Shown in pieces: positions 40,234-55,860 of a DNA stretch of 64,000 nucleotides. The notes under the pieces were generated by a model. It worked only from the letters and a program-made list of their open reading frames with translations, was not told the DNA's origin and made no database searches. The DNA is from Eledone cirrhosa (lineage: Eukaryota), in the NCBI GenBank assembly GCA_964016885.1, contig OZ024741.1:95604001-95668000 (forward strand). The letters are read 5' to 3'. How positions within the stretch are numbered: the stretch's first letter is position 1; each line of letters opens with the position of its first letter. Both the position numbers and the translations under genes were made by a program.

Positions 40234-40499
40234 AATAATGGAAATAATAAAAAATAATGCTTCCGTAATATATGAAATATTTCAGAGTATTTTTAAATGT
40301 ATCTTTATGATAAAATATAAGTGTTATGTATCAACCATATTTTAAATGTGAAATGAAATACAATGATGATCGGAGTGTCAAGAGAGAGGAACATTACATA
40401 GAATGGTGTAATCAAAGAATTATTAAAGTAAATATTTTTTCTACAAACTGTGTTTTTTGAGAGGTACTATGCTAGTATATATATATATACACACATACA

Positions 40500-40598
40500 C
40501 AGGGTGTCCCCAGAAAAATGTATACACAAAGGCTGTGCATTCTAATAAATATTGCCTGTAATGGTAATCAATGTATGTATACATTTTTGGGGGACACC

Positions 40599-40601
<3 letters not shown>
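40500..40601. mobile_element. Tc1/mariner-type MITE (102 bp)
   Basis: TIRs CAGGGTGTCCCCAGAAAAATGTATACA / TGTATACATTTTTGGGGGACACCCTG; TA on the right flank. Confidence 0.82.
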
Positions 40602-40678
<77 letters not shown>

Positions 40679-40754
40679 TCTTTTACTCTTTTTCCTATTC
40701 CAGCCATCCGGCTGAGGCCATGCTGGGGCATCGCCATTGTTGCTTCACTTTCTG

Positions 40755-40930
40755 CATTGGTTAGCTAGTGATGTAGGAGGGAGTTCGTTGCTTCTGTTCT
40801 TAGCTTACTTTCATTCCGTGCTGTGGGTTCATCTGGGATCTTCGCTAGCAGATTGTCAAGATGTTTCTTTAAAACATCCACGTTCATAACATGTAGATTT
40901 CTTAAGTTTCTTGGCAGCTTATCAAAGCAT
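40755..40930 (-). mobile_element. 3' ORF2 fragment of a CR1/Jockey-group LINE
   Basis: Minus strand: FDKLPRNLRNLHVMNVDVLKKHLDNLLAKIPDEP...ATNSLL, matching the FNxLPxxIRN...FKxxLDxxLxxVPDEP pattern. Confidence 0.65.
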
Positions 40931-41374
40931 GGTCACGTGATATTATAATGACACTGTACTACCACAGAGTTCGATCGATACAAGAAACATCTAGTTCGAT
41001 TAGTGATCGAATGGACAAATGTCGGCTGAAGACACTGAAATCCAGTTCGAATTCCTTACGCAGCTGCTGTTGTTATACTGCACTATCTGATACTGCATCA
41101 GATAACTCTACGGTACGGGGAAATGTATCTTCTCCCTTGGTATTTGCTATTTTGGCTGCCTGTTGTAAGGGAAACACACGCAAACTACAGATATTGTGCG
41201 TGGTCATTCCCTTCTAAATCTAAAGTGTCTATACTGAAAGAAAGAATTCATTTCTTGTATCATGTAGTGAAAATGGGGCTACCTTAAATAATTCGACTTG
41301 TATTGCTTTTGTGCGAATGCAACTTCGTTAAATTCTTTGTGTGTGTGTATATATATATACACATATATAAAAAA

Positions 41375-41444
<70 letters not shown>

Positions 41445-41585
41445 TTTTTGTTAAGGCTGTGATAAACAGGCGAAACTCCAAAGTAACAAGACTCACTATT
41501 CAGCCTTAATAAGATGAATCTTAAAACTCTACTTCGGTATTGAATATTGCTTTCTCTCAGCTGCCAACCACATACGGATATATAT

Positions 41586-41792
<207 letters not shown>

Positions 41793-42288
41793 CTGTGCAT
41801 GCATGTGTGTGTGCGTGCGTGTGTATGTGTGTGTGTGTATGTGTGTGTTAACGTATGTACGTACATACAGAAAGAGAGAGAGAGGTGAAGGGGTAACCAA
41901 AAAATGTTGCATGTAAATATTCTGTTTGTTATTCATAACAAAGGCGTAGAATTGAGACGCAAACAAAGACTTTAGATTGGAGCGTCTAAATTGGTTACGT
42001 AAATACGAACTCAATGTACTTTTAAATGCATCATTATACCCACATGCACGCCCATACAGGCGCAGATAGACATGTATGTATCACACATGTACATTCATAG
42101 ATATTTACACTCATATACTTACGCACACGCATATACACTCATACACACACATACAATACACATACACACATACACACACGCACACACACATATATATATA
42201 TATATACACATACACACACAATAGAGTTGACATTTTCAATGAGAACATTCGTTTTTATTTATTCCTGCAAATAAATCCCAACACACAA

Positions 42289-42396
<108 letters not shown>

Positions 42397-42943
42397 CAAA
42401 TGAATGTAAAATCGAAACAATATATTAGACTTAAATAAGTGCTAATTAAGCCTGACCCTATATTTCCACTGAGACCCAGTTAGAACGGACGAAAAAGAAA
42501 ATCATACAAGAAAGCAACTCTTTTGCTAATGACCTGTACGTTCGCCCATAAGGCCAAGAAAAAAACAAAATGATAAATGCAGACGACAGGGATATAAGAC
42601 GCAGACGATATTAATGGATGAAACAAATAATGAAGTCACTTGTGTAAGCTAGAAACATGTTCATTGCAGAGATTTAGTAGGGAAATTAGATTAGCGACAG
42701 AGCTTGAAGCGGTTGGCTGAGACCAAAATTTAAGAACATTTCGTCAAGGCTACAGTCACCCTATTTCCTCCCTTAACGATCTGCTAATTGGATCCTATTT
42801 TTTTCTGCCAAACACTGGGTGTCTTTAGACCCACTATTATATCTTCATTTTTCTGTCTGCCTGTCCATCTGCCTGTTTGCCTGTTTGCCTGTCTGCCCCC
42901 TTCTCTCTGTCTCTCTGTATGCCTCTCTCTGTCTGTCTCTCTG

Positions 42944-43021
<78 letters not shown>

Positions 43022-43425
43022 TATCTATCTCTCTCTCTATCCTCTTCATCCGTCTGTTTATAGCTGTACGTCTGTCCCCGTGTGTCTGTATATCTATCAA
43101 TCTATTTCTCTTTCGTGTTGTCCTTGTACCAGAAAGACTCTCCGTACGTGTCACTTTATATATTAATGTCTATCTTAGAGTGCATTAGTTGTTGATATTT
43201 AGTATCAAGTCAAACTTATTCATCCAGATCTATAACCAAAACATCCCATCCATCGCCATGCTGTCTTTTTAAGGGTAATCAGAAATGCATTATCCACTGT
43301 ATCTCTTTTACTCTTTTACCTGTTCCAGCCACCCGGCTGAGGCCATGCTGGGGCACCGCCCTTATAAATATTCTCAATAAAAAAACAAAATAAAACGAAA
43401 GAGATTTAACTGCTATTTCTGGCAG

Positions 43426-43468
43426 GATGATCAACCACGTAGAGACTTCCTATTTATTTAATGACGAA
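43426..43468 (+). CDS. Candidate exon (W-MINHVETSYLFNDE)
   Basis: ctatttctggcag| acceptor, GAA|gtattt donor, phase 2-0. Confidence 0.55.
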
Positions 43469-43712
43469 GTATTTCTGATTTTCTATCACTTTTATTGTCT
43501 GAGCTTTTTTCTCTGCTTGATTTTGTGCATCTTTGAAAACAATTTTGCTTTTCCAGGCTTAATATTTTCCCGCCTTCTATTACAGTCTTTTTCTTCCTAT
43601 TTTTTTCTAATTTTCTCTTACCCCTTTGTAGCTAACGCACCTCTCAATTTACTTCTCTCTAACTCTATCATTCTCATATTTTCCATCTCCACACCCTAAA
43701 TATTTCATTTAG

Positions 43713-43814
43713 ATTGAACTCATCAACCTCCGCCAGCATCTGTCTGTTTGCTCGCATGATACTAATCCTGCACCGGGACGAAAAGTCCTGCCTTTAAAGC
43801 AGCCGAAACTATAA
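43713..43814 (+). CDS. Candidate terminal coding exon (IELINLRQHLSVCSHDTNPAPGRKVLPLKQPKL*)
   Basis: tatttcatttag| acceptor after a pyrimidine-rich 244-nt intron; phase 0; ends in TAA. Confidence 0.5.
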   Translation: MELINLRQHLSVCSHDTNPAPGRKVLPLKQPKL

Positions 43815-43895
43815 TGAGTCTATGCGTCCGTTTTTTTTCGTGTTATTTTCTATTCACACACACACACACACAAGCGCACACACGCACACGCACGC

Positions 43896-44000
<105 letters not shown>

Positions 44001-44709
44001 CAAAAGGTAAATGGAAACAACAAAACAAACTACACAGTGCAATGAACAAATATATTAGTGTATCGCTTGGTATAGTAGGAAAAGGGTACGTTTCGGACAC
44101 TAGTCCTTCATTAGAAGATAAAATGAGAAATAAGATGAAATATAAAGATAAAGAGTGAGAAGGAGGAACGGAAATATTTTTTTAAAGAAAAAGCACGTGT
44201 GTATTCGATATATATCGTGAAGACGTGCGTTCAAGTGTTTAGGTCCTGAGTTTCATTTCTACACGGTGCGGTGTTGTGTTCGTGAGAAAAATATATTATT
44301 TCAGGTGATGCGACCGGCAGATTGTCCCAGCAATGGAAAGATCAATAGAAACATTGTTTCTTTGGTTTGAAATGAGGATCGGCATAGTTTGTTTAATTTA
44401 TTAATTTATTTATTTATCTATTTATTAGTGCAAATTATATGGTGCGGGTGTTTTTTTATTTTTTTTTATTGGTATTATCGGCAACAAGACCATCCCCAAC
44501 TATAACTATGAATATAAATATATTGACGCAAGCCTACATATTAAAACATATCTGGGGGGCTTCCGATTCCAGATTCAGGTTCGATCATTAATAATTAATA
44601 GATCGTTCCTCGAGCTGATCGACAGTGAAACCTATGTAATATGTAATTAAATATGTATATGATGCAACACTGATTCTTTGTTCCCTTATATATATATATA
44701 TATAAATAA

Positions 44710-45200
<491 letters not shown>

Positions 45201-45416
45201 TCCTTCTACCTGGAGTTGCGACCGATAGATAGTATTAGCAAGTGGAAAGACCAACGGAAACATTGTTCCCTCGGTCCGATTTGACGAAAGTCGATCGTTC
45301 CTTTATATATAGTATCAATATATATATATATATATGTACCTGAGTTGGTTTTCTCGTTGCTTTGGTTCATGTGGATGAGTCACCGGCCGCAGTCTTCAAG
45401 TTTTAATATAGAAGAG

Positions 45417-45463
45417 CTTCTACAGGACTAGAACTGTTTCATTCGTGAAAAATCATCAGGAAG
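45417..45463 (-). ncRNA. Type-I hammerhead ribozyme candidate
   Basis: Minus strand: CTTC-CTGATGA-tttttcacgaat-GAAA-CAG-ttctagtc-CTG-TA-GAAG; closed 4-bp stem III, weak stem II; TATAAATA and CCAAT lie upstream. Confidence 0.7.
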
Positions 45464-45868
45464 TGGTGGTATTTATATCTTTTCTTTTCTGGTGGTAGGA
45501 GAGGGTGGAGATTGGGATGGGCGGAGGTCATTGGTTGAAGGATTTAAAGAAAAGGGAGTTCATTAAAAGCTAATACTTTAAAGCTATAATATTAACAAAG
45601 ACAGAAAGAATATTGTAAACAAATTCAAATTTGGAATATCAATCTTTGTTTATCACTTAGACTAACAATGCCTGTAAGATAGGTGTCTACAGGATGGGTG
45701 GGGTTCAATGGTTTAAAGAAAAAGGAAATTCTTTAGAAGCTAATTCTTTAAGGCTGAAATAAGGGTGACAAAGGCAGAAAGGGTTCCATCAACAGATTCA
45801 AGTGTTGGGGTGATTCCCCTTATTGCGAAGTTTGTCTTAAATCACCCCAACACTTGAATCTGTTGATG

Positions 45869-45950
<82 letters not shown>

Positions 45951-46460
45951 TATATATATATAATATATATATATATGCTAATAATATTATTTATACTTAT
46001 ATATGAGTTATATATAATTATAAATATGAAAGGGTAGTATTAAGCACTATCCGATTACCATTTTTGAATATTACTAACTTATCTTATTTTACCTATATTA
46101 TTCGCATTACATAACAGTAATTCATCTTACCATTACGTATCTTTTTTTTACTATAATACACGCCATTTTAAACATTTTTAACATTCTTTTAACATTCTGT
46201 ATGTAATAAGCTTGATATATTCATTTTCTAATTTACCTCACGCATGCCTTTATTAATATTCTGTATATTTTGCTTCGTATATCCTTACTATTACACCTTT
46301 TTCAATGCTATGATATCTTTTTACTCTAATATGTATTTGCTTGATATCTTTTTGCACCTGAATTACCTTTATGAATAACTTTCTATATAATATACTCACT
46401 ATTTTCACCTATGTAATAACCTCTTCACAACAGCTCCTAATACTTTGCTATCTGTATAAT

Positions 46461-46557
46461 ATAATTGTTTCTACTTTTTGGTACAAGGCCAGCAATTACC
46501 CAGTACATTACTGGTACTTTATTTTATCGACCCCCGTAAGGATGAAAGGCAAAGTTA
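46461..46557 (-). mobile_element. 5'-truncated SINE family 1 with target-site duplication
   Basis: GTATAATATAAT flanks both sides. Confidence 0.8.
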
Positions 46558-46684
46558 AGTATAATATAATATCATTTTGTCACACTTGCTTTTCAATATG
46601 ATGTCACTGACACTGTCAATAGTAATGTATCTTAATGAATGTTCTGAGGACTAGGATTGTAATTACTTGTTTAAACATTGTGTA

Positions 46685-46731
46685 TGCTCCGATGAGCTCA
46701 GACAGTTGTCTGGAAGAAACAATCGTCAGCA
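46685..46731 (+). ncRNA. Hammerhead motif with one core substitution
   Basis: TGCT-CCGATGA-gcTCAGAC-agtt-GTCTGGaa-GAAA-CAATCG-TC-AGCA-ATTAAA (U4 changed to C). Confidence 0.6.
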
Positions 46732-46854
46732 ATTAAATGTATTAAGCAAACATTTGATTGTTTTATATTTTGTATACACACATACACAGACACACGCATA
46801 CACACGCACACACACACGCACACACACACACACACGCGCGCACACGCGCGCACA

Positions 46855-46939
<85 letters not shown>

Positions 46940-46954
46940 AGTCTAAATCTGTCT

Positions 46955-47105
46955 CGAACTCGGAAGCTGATCAGGCCAGTGCTAATGCCTGTTTCCGTGA
47001 TGTGAAGCGACTGAGAGTACAAGACTTCCTCATGGACAAGACGCCAATCCATCGCATGGCTAACCCCCACATATTGCTGGTACTTATTTTCATCTGAGTA
47101 GACTG
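46955..47105 (-). mobile_element. 3' portion of SINE family 2
   Basis: The end CTGAGTAGACTG overlaps the start of the 62808-62936 copy (ATGAGTAAACTG). Confidence 0.55.
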
Positions 47106-47334
47106 TATACATGAGTGTGCATACACAAATGTATGCATTTAATATAGAAACGACTTATACAGGAGTTGAACTATTCTATTCATATGAAATCACGAGTAAT
47201 GCCCTGATTTCATACAAATGAAACAGTTCTAGTCTTGTATAAATCATTTCTATATGTACTAAATACATATCTTCTCTACTAACGTAATGAACACCGTATT
47301 TAACTGTGGTTTCTTATCCATTCCTTTCAGAAAA

Positions 47335-47373
<39 letters not shown>

Positions 47374-47491
47374 TTTATCCCGGGTTCAATCGGGAGTAAC
47401 AGTAAGTAAGGTACTCAATACACAGCAGAGTATAAATATTTAACATAGAAATGTTTCTACAGGACTAGAACTGTTTCATTCGGAAGAAATC

Positions 47492-47535
<44 letters not shown>

Positions 47536-47540
<5 letters not shown>

Positions 47541-47723
47541 GTTTCTACTTTAGGCACAAGGCCAGCAATTACCCAGTGCATTACTGGTACTTTATTTTAT
47601 CGACCTCGTAAGGATGAAAGGCTAAGTCAACCTCGGTGGGATTTGAACTCAGATCGTAAAGGGACGTAACTATGCTTCAAAGCATGGCGTCCGACTCTCT
47701 ACCGATACTGCCAATCTACCGCC
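47536..47723 (-). mobile_element. SINE family 1
   Basis: Full-length match to the consensus. Confidence 0.9.
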
Positions 47724-47847
47724 CTATATATATATATATAATCTGAGAAGTACGGAGTTCGGTGCTTCGTGGCGGCTGCTGGCCACAGTTTTAACCGATT
47801 ATCTATATCGATCGACTATGGTTACACCTACTTTCTGTCTTTCTGTG

Positions 47848-47880
<33 letters not shown>

Positions 47881-47889
<9 letters not shown>

Positions 47890-48437
47890 TAAAATATAGA
47901 GAAAAATACTGCAGGTAGCACATGGTAACATGTAATAAAATACGTCCCTCATCAGTGATTTGCCGAAGATCATAGATATTTCATTGCATTAAAAATCATA
48001 TATCTCACTTCGGTGCAATAATAACCAAAATAAGTTATTAGGACAATTAAAACGCGTAAAGCGAGTGAGACAGGAGAACAACAGAAAATATAGCATACCG
48101 TGGGAGAGAAACAAGCTTCAAGAATTATTCTGTTAGCGTAAGCTAGGTGAATATATGAGCGCTAGGGAAAGAATAGTGCCAGCACGAACGAAGGCCATTG
48201 AGCAGAGAGAGAAAAAAAATAGCGTCCGTGAGTGCAGGATGAAATGAAGAGAAGAGGGAGAAAAACAGTGAGTGAGTGAAAGTGTGAGGAAGAGTTAACG
48301 GACAAGACAGAGGGGGAGAAACAGAGAGAATGGGGGAACAGTAAGAGAGAGAGAAAAAAACACAGAATCGCAGTGGTAAATATATGTATTAAAATATAGA
48401 GAAAAATACTGCAGGTAGCACATGGTAACATGTAATA
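47881..48437. mobile_element. 500-nt unit with perfect 57-nt direct terminal redundancy in (TA)n
   Basis: 47881-47937 is identical to 48381-48437; the internal sequence is related to the 39266 unit. Confidence 0.75.
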
Positions 48438-48603
48438 TATATATATATATATACGTCAATACTCATCTTTTTCCATTTCTCCGAGGGTTCTTGACCCCAC
48501 TATCAGGCTAAATAGTTTCTTTAATTTCGTTGGTCGAAATGCGGCGATAGCTTACATTTCTAATGATTTCAAACCCACCCGCTGTTTCGAAAATATTCTT
48601 ACT

Positions 48604-48713
<110 letters not shown>

Positions 48714-49111
48714 CATATATATATTTAAGTATATATATATAAACACCTATTCGTCTACCCACCTCTACACACTTATCTCTCTCTATATATACACATATAT
48801 ACACATAAGGTCATAACCGACATGTTTATTTAGTTAACATGGCAGTGCTGGAAACAGCACGTTTCCTGACACCAACAAATGAAGACTTGTTTGCATTCCT
48901 CACCCTTGTGTCCGTCTCTTATATAAAAGTTGTGAATGTACAACCTTTTTACCCCCCACCCTCCCCTGCACCCACTTCAGTCATTCACCACCGTCACCCC
49001 CACCACGTCCATCCACTATCCATCATCATCCATAACTATAACCATCATCCCCGTCACCACCAGTCATCACCACCACAACCACCACCAACATCACCTCCAC
49101 CACCACAGACA

Positions 49112-49157
<46 letters not shown>

Positions 49158-49559
49158 CAAAATATGCTTGCAATATATACATATGTGTGTATATAAATGT
49201 GTGTATATAAATGTGTATATATAAATGTGTATATAAATATGTGTGTATATATACAGTATATATGTGTGTATATATACAGTATATATGTGTGTATATATAT
49301 GTGTGCATATAAATATGTGTGTATATATACAATATATATATATATATATTATATACTGTATATAACATATATAATATATAATATATAAATATATGTATGT
49401 GTACACACACATACACACACACACACACACATATATATACACAGACATATTTACAATCACCAGTGTGTGTGCACGCACATTGTGTAGACACTTACCTATA
49501 TTTATATTTACCCTTCCAACTCATTTTTCATCATTATAATTTTTATTATCGCCATCATG

Positions 49560-49606
<47 letters not shown>

Positions 49607-50838
49607 CATCATCGTCATCATCATCATCATCATCATCGTTGTTGTTTCCGTCAATGTCGTTGTCATCGTCGGCGTCATCTGATGACACTAATATGTTTGG
49701 ACCGGACCTGTTGCTACAAACACCACCATTTACTTACTCCTCCCCATTCAACTCCACCACCACAACTTACACCGCAATCAACTCCACCACCAACACCACC
49801 ACCACCGCCACCACTACTTCCACCAGCACCATCACCACCGTCACCGCCACCACTACCTTCACCACTACCAGCACCACCGTCACCACTACCTCCACCAGCT
49901 CCACCACCACCACCACCACCACCACCACCAGCACCAGCACCACCACCAGCACCAGCACCACCACCGCCAACACCACCACCAGCACCACCACCAGCACCAC
50001 CGTCACCACTACCTCCACCAGCTCCACCACCACCGTCACCGCCACCGCCGCCGCCGCCAATACTTCCACCAGCACCAGCACCACCGCCACCACCAGCATC
50101 AGCAGCACCGTCACTGCCACCACCACCACCACCACCAGCACCAGCACCAGCACCGGCACCACCGTCGCCACCTTTACCGCCGCCACCACCACCACCACCA
50201 CCACCAATACCACCCCATCCCTCAAATCCACCACCACTATCACCGACACCACAGCCGCCGCCACCCCCATACCGCCATCATCAACACCAACACCACCACC
50301 ACCACCACCACCACCACCAACAACAACAACAATATCAACACCAATGCCAAATAATTAAGGGTTGGGGAGGGTTGGATAAAGTGAAAGAGGTGAAGTGTCG
50401 GAAGAGAGCGGGAGTGAGAGGGAGTGAGAGGGAGTGCGAGGGAGTGAGAGTGAGTGAGAGAGAGGGAGAGGGAGTGCGAAGGAGTGAGAGGGAATGCGAG
50501 GGAGTGAGAGTGAGAGTAAGTGAGAGTGAGAGGGAGTGCGCGGGAGTGAGAGTGAGAGTGAGTGAGAGTGAGAGGCAGTGAGAGGGAGTTAGAGGGAGTG
50601 AGAGGGAGTGAGAGGGGGAGTGAGAGGGAGTGCGAGGGAGTGAGAGTGAGAGTGAGAGGCAGTGAGAGGGAGTTAGAGGGAGAGAGAGGGAGTGAGAGGG
50701 GGAGTGAGAGGGAGTGCGAGTGAGTGAGAGTGAGTGCGAGTGAGAGGGAGAGGTGGTCTTTCTCTTCTGATTATGCCTCATCGGCATTCACTGAATCTCT
50801 TCACTTGCAACTTTTTATCTATTTATCTACTATGTATG

Positions 50839-50957
<119 letters not shown>

Positions 50958-52000
50958 ATATGTGTATTTGCGTATTTATCTATTTATATATTTATCTGTG
51001 TGTGTATGCATGTATGTATGTATGTATGTATGCATGCATGTATGTATGTATGTATGTAAGCCTATCTGCTGTCTGTCTATCTGTATGTCTGTATGTATGT
51101 CTGTATGTATGTATGATTTTACGTAGGTATTTATGTATGTATGTAAGTATGTAAATATGCATGTATGAATGTATATATGTATGTATGTATGATTTTTACA
51201 TATGTATGTATATATATGTATGTATATGTATGTATGTATGTATGATTTTACGTATGTATGTATGTATGTATGTATGATTTTACGTATGTATGTGTGTATG
51301 TATATATATGTATCTATGTATGTATGATTTTACGTATGTATGTATGTATGTACTTCTTATTATATATGTGCATTTATCTATTATATTTATATATGTATAT
51401 ATTATTTATATATTCCTTCATTGGTTCAGTATATTTTCCCGTCTATTGACCAGAGTGATTATTCTCCAATGGCACAGACGTCGTCCATTAACCATCCACC
51501 ACCCACATTTGCGTAGAATCCATACACCAGCACTTCTAGTCTCTTACTCCGGCATACCTTCCTCCACTACATCTTCATATATACCTTTATCACCCCAGCC
51601 CTTTAATGAAAAAAAGGAAGGAAGGAAAAGAAAAACAAGTGGACGTCTGAAAGAAGACCACTAATTCCTCTTGCAAAAATCTGGGAACGCCATCTTGATT
51701 TTTCAAAAGGTATGAGTCAGCTTATTTTGACAAGAGGTTGAATTCTGTGGTAGAGGGATAGGGGTCGTGTATATGTGTGTATGAGTGTGTGTGTGTGTAT
51801 GTGTTGTGTGTGCGTGTGTGTATACATGTGTGTAAGAGTGGGAAGGGTTGGGACTTAGATTGTTATTGGAGGTGAGTAAGGCGGAGAATTCACACATATA
51901 GAGACATATACTCATGCACGGAATATATGCGCATTTAAATATAGATATATAAATGCATATATATACAAACATAAACGTTTATATTTATATATATATATGT

Positions 52001-52135
<135 letters not shown>

Positions 52136-52852
52136 TATACATGCACATATATATGTTTGTATTATGCATATATATATAAATATATATATACATGTATGTG
52201 TGTGTATATATATATATATATACAAAAACAAAGTAGCACACACATATTTATATGAAGTCTTCACGGTTCAAAGACTTAGAAGAACATAAATCAGGGCAGT
52301 ACTCAATGCATATGGAGTTGCAATGTATGTATTGTTATAACTATGTATGTACGTTTCATGTATATAAGTATATATATATATATATATAAAAGAACATTTT
52401 CGCTCTACATGGTTGAATACTATAAATATAATCTGCGTTTTTCGAATATTAATAATAACATTCGATTCGTTTGCAATTCAATTATGCAAATAAGCCTCAA
52501 TTTTATAGCCATGTCAATAGAATGAACCCTTCATTCTTGCTCTTGTGTTGGCCAGATTTGCGTATCAGCAGACTGATCAGTCAGTTTCCTGTATACGAGA
52601 GATAAATGGCCGGCTTTGCCAAATTCAAATAAAAAAGAAAATTTTCGCTCTACATGTCTGAATGCTATAAATATAATCTGAGTTTTTCGAATATCAATAA
52701 TATTCAAATCTGGCTGATCAATGGATCTACATATATGCACATCTCACTGATCAGCCAGTCTGCTAATATGCAGATCAGGCCGATCAGTCACTGTGTATTT
52801 TTGAAAATAGCATATATTTTCACTCGCTCTGACAGTTTGGCAGGTGAGCAGT

Positions 52853-52902
52853 GAGCTGTACTGATGAAGGGTGATACCCAGAAACATTAGTGCCTACAGT
52901 TC
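52853..52902 (+). ncRNA. Hammerhead motif with U16.1 changed to C
   Basis: GAGCTGTA-CTGATGA-aGGGT-gat-ACCCa-GAAA-CA-ttag-TG-CC-TACAGTTC; 8-bp stem I. Confidence 0.65.
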
Positions 52903-53017
52903 TGTTCCCATGCCAACACAAGAGCAAGAATGAAGGGTTCATTCTACTGACATGGCTATAAAATTGAGGTTTGTTTGCATAATTGCAAACGAATCGAATG
53001 TTATTATTAATACAGAA

Positions 53018-53210
53018 GGCAGTGGATTGGCAGTATCGGTAGAGGGTCGGACGCCATGCTTTGACGCATAGAGTTACGGCCCTTGCCATTCTGAGTTCAA
53101 ATCCCGCCGAGGTTAACTTTGCCTTTCATCCTTACGGGGTCGATAAAATGAAGTACCAGTAATACACTGGGTAATTGCTGGCCTTGTGCCTAACGTAGAA
53201 ACAATTATTA
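53018..53210 (+). mobile_element. SINE family 1
   Basis: Full-length; ATTATTAATA is duplicated at the flanks. Confidence 0.9.
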
Positions 53211-53276
53211 ATATTCGAAAAACTCAGATTATATATATATATATATATACGCCTACATGCATAAATCTGCTCGCGT

Positions 53277-53345
<69 letters not shown>

Positions 53346-53413
53346 AATATTAATTCATATACATCAATCTTTAATGGGCATTATAAAGTAACTAGTGGTA
53401 AATATTTCATATC

Positions 53414-53480
<67 letters not shown>

Positions 53481-53486
<6 letters not shown>

Positions 53487-54130
53487 AAGTTAAATAAAAG
53501 TCAAATGATTAAAATTTAGCTTCGTTTATTACTGCTATATATATTTCAGTGACAGCCATCTTTGGCTGTGACCTCTTCAGTCAGAAGTCTATAGAATCTA
53601 TAGAATTCTATAGACTCCTGACTGAGGAATGCTCTCAGAACTGAACAATGGGAAGTTTGACACATTTTTTGATATTTTGTTCCTTCAACACCTTGTCCCT
53701 TCTACCATTTTATCAATTTTAAGCTAACTCCAACAATGACAACACTAATAACTGACCAATAAGAGGAGAAGGGGACCTGTGACACTAAAATTCGTTTGTT
53801 TGAATTCATATGACTCCAGTTCCCCAGTGAATTAACAACCCAACAAGGAACTGGGCATATCAGAGTATTGACAATATCATACACCTAAACAACATATGTA
53901 CTTGTCTATACCATACTAATTCAAACTGCCTGAAGAGGTCACAGCCAAAGATGGCTGTCACTGAAATATATATAGCAGTAATAAACGAAGCTAAATTTTA
54001 ATCATTTGACTTTTATTTAACTTTATTTTACACTACTCCGGAGTAACCAAACCAACCTGCGCACTTCGTCGAGTGCTCCAGCCTGCATACTGAGGTGTTG
54101 GTATACAACCAACATAAACTCAAAATCTAT
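53481..54130 (+). mobile_element. Penelope-like inverted-arm element with two HHR copies
   Basis: 53481-53580 is the perfect reverse complement of 53930-54029; the body is homologous to 14560-15148; ~100 nt tail; (TA)n flanks. Confidence 0.8.
53925..53979 (+). ncRNA. Minimal type-I hammerhead ribozyme (same family as 15042)
   Basis: ACTGC-CTGAAGA-GGTCACAGCC-aaagat-GGCTGTCACT-GAAA-TATATA-TA-GCAGT-AATAAA; inverted copy at 53531-53584. Confidence 0.85.
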
Positions 54131-54543
54131 CTATATATATATATATACAAAATTTAGTACAGCATCAACGAAGCCATGGTTGCAGCCAAGCTAACGAATG
54201 CAGTCTTGGTGTGCAGCTAAGCACTCGATAGGGTATATAACCCTAGAGTTATAACATTACGTTTATACAGCTTTGCAAATTGAAGACAGCGACCGATAGA
54301 AGGCCGCAGTGACCATAGCGACGAAAAAAACTGAACTCAGGAAATACATATATATATAATTTTGGTATGTTTATGTACATTTTTTCTTCTAACTTTGATT
54401 TTGTACCTAATTGTGTATGGTTAGCTATATGTCTAGTCAATTTCTACGGGCTATTAGAAATACTAGGTAAATCTTCTGTGGCTGTTGATCGCGGAGAAGA
54501 AATACTGTATATATTTTATCAAATGATTCTATGGACTTACTTT

Positions 54544-54620
<77 letters not shown>

Positions 54621-55294
54621 TTCCCCAAAATGGCTAACTCAATACTACACACGTGCTTCTTCTACAAAATTATTTTATCGTTGCCTTCTCTTTCCATTTT
54701 ATCTTTCTATTCCCTCTTTTATTTCTCATTCTATCTTCTTATGAAGGACTAATGTCTGAAACGTAAAGACTCTTTTGATACTATATCAAGCGTTAAACTA
54801 AGTATAGTTTCTTCATTGTACTGTGTTGTTTGCTTTGTTGTATGTATGATTAAACTCCCCCGAAGCGTATGGTGGATTTTTCAATTGTTGGTGGTTCCAA
54901 TAAGAATTTTTTTCCATATGAAACCAAGCGAGTTTATATTTTTTGTTTATCTTGTTTATACTCCAATAAATCATTTTTTTCTCACTAAATTTTAATATAT
55001 AATATTGCTTCTCTGAGAGAACCCTCTCATTGAGATGTTTAAGTATTAGAGACTAATTAATATATATATATATATGAACTTTTACGAAGCACTGTGGGGA
55101 TAAAGTTAATATAAAGAGTGGTGTGCTTATGCGCAGAGATGCTATAAAATATGATAGACTCAGCTTGCGACCATTCGCAGTTATGTTCATATATATTTCC
55201 GCTTGAAGATGTCCATTTACTCTTGGCATCTGTTATGCTTCAGTAGTTAAATATTCCTCAAACACAAAGATGTAAAAACCAATTCTTGGTAAAT

Positions 55295-55860
55295 ATAATT
55301 GTTTCTACTATAAGCACAGGCCAGCGATTTGAAAGGAAGAGTAAAGTCGATTAAATTAACCCAAATGCGTTAATGGTGCTTTATTTTATTGACCCCGTAA
55401 GGATGAAAGGCATAGTTAACCTCGGCGGGATTTGAATTCAGAACGTAAAGGACCGTAACTCTATGCTGCAAAGCATTGTGTCTGACGCTCTATCTATACT
55501 GCCAATCCAAATATATATAATGCATAAAATGATAAGATAATATATAATTGTTATTTAGTACAAAACATATAAATAATTGTTTCTACTTTTGTCACAAGGC
55601 CAGCAATTATCCCAGTGTATTACTAGTGCTTTATTTTATCGACCCCGAAAGAAAAAAAACAAAGTTAACCTCGGCGGGATTTGAACTCAGATCATAAAGG
55701 GACGTAACTCTAAGCTGGAAATCATGGCGTCCGACCCTCTATTCATACAGCTATAAATAATTGTTTCTACTTTAGGCACAAGGCCAGCAATTATCCAGTG
55801 CATTACTGGTACTTTATTTTATCGACCCCGTAAGGATGAAAGGCAAAGTCAACCTCGGCG
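55295..55860 (-). mobile_element. Three SINE family 1 copies
   Basis: 55295-55509, 55573-55740 and 55756-55860; the last is flanked by an AGCTATAAATAAT duplication. Confidence 0.88.

Larger units (their letters stand above)
52390..53232 (+). mobile_element. Penelope-like inverted-arm element with HHR, interrupted by a SINE
   Basis: 52425-52552 is the reverse complement of 52912-53012 plus 53205-53232; a SINE (53018-53210) sits in the right arm; tail at 52390-52425. Confidence 0.7.

Noticed and set aside
41024-41062. CTGAAGA-CACTG...CAGTT-CGAAT hammerhead-like string
   Set aside because: GAAA and stems I and III are not satisfied.
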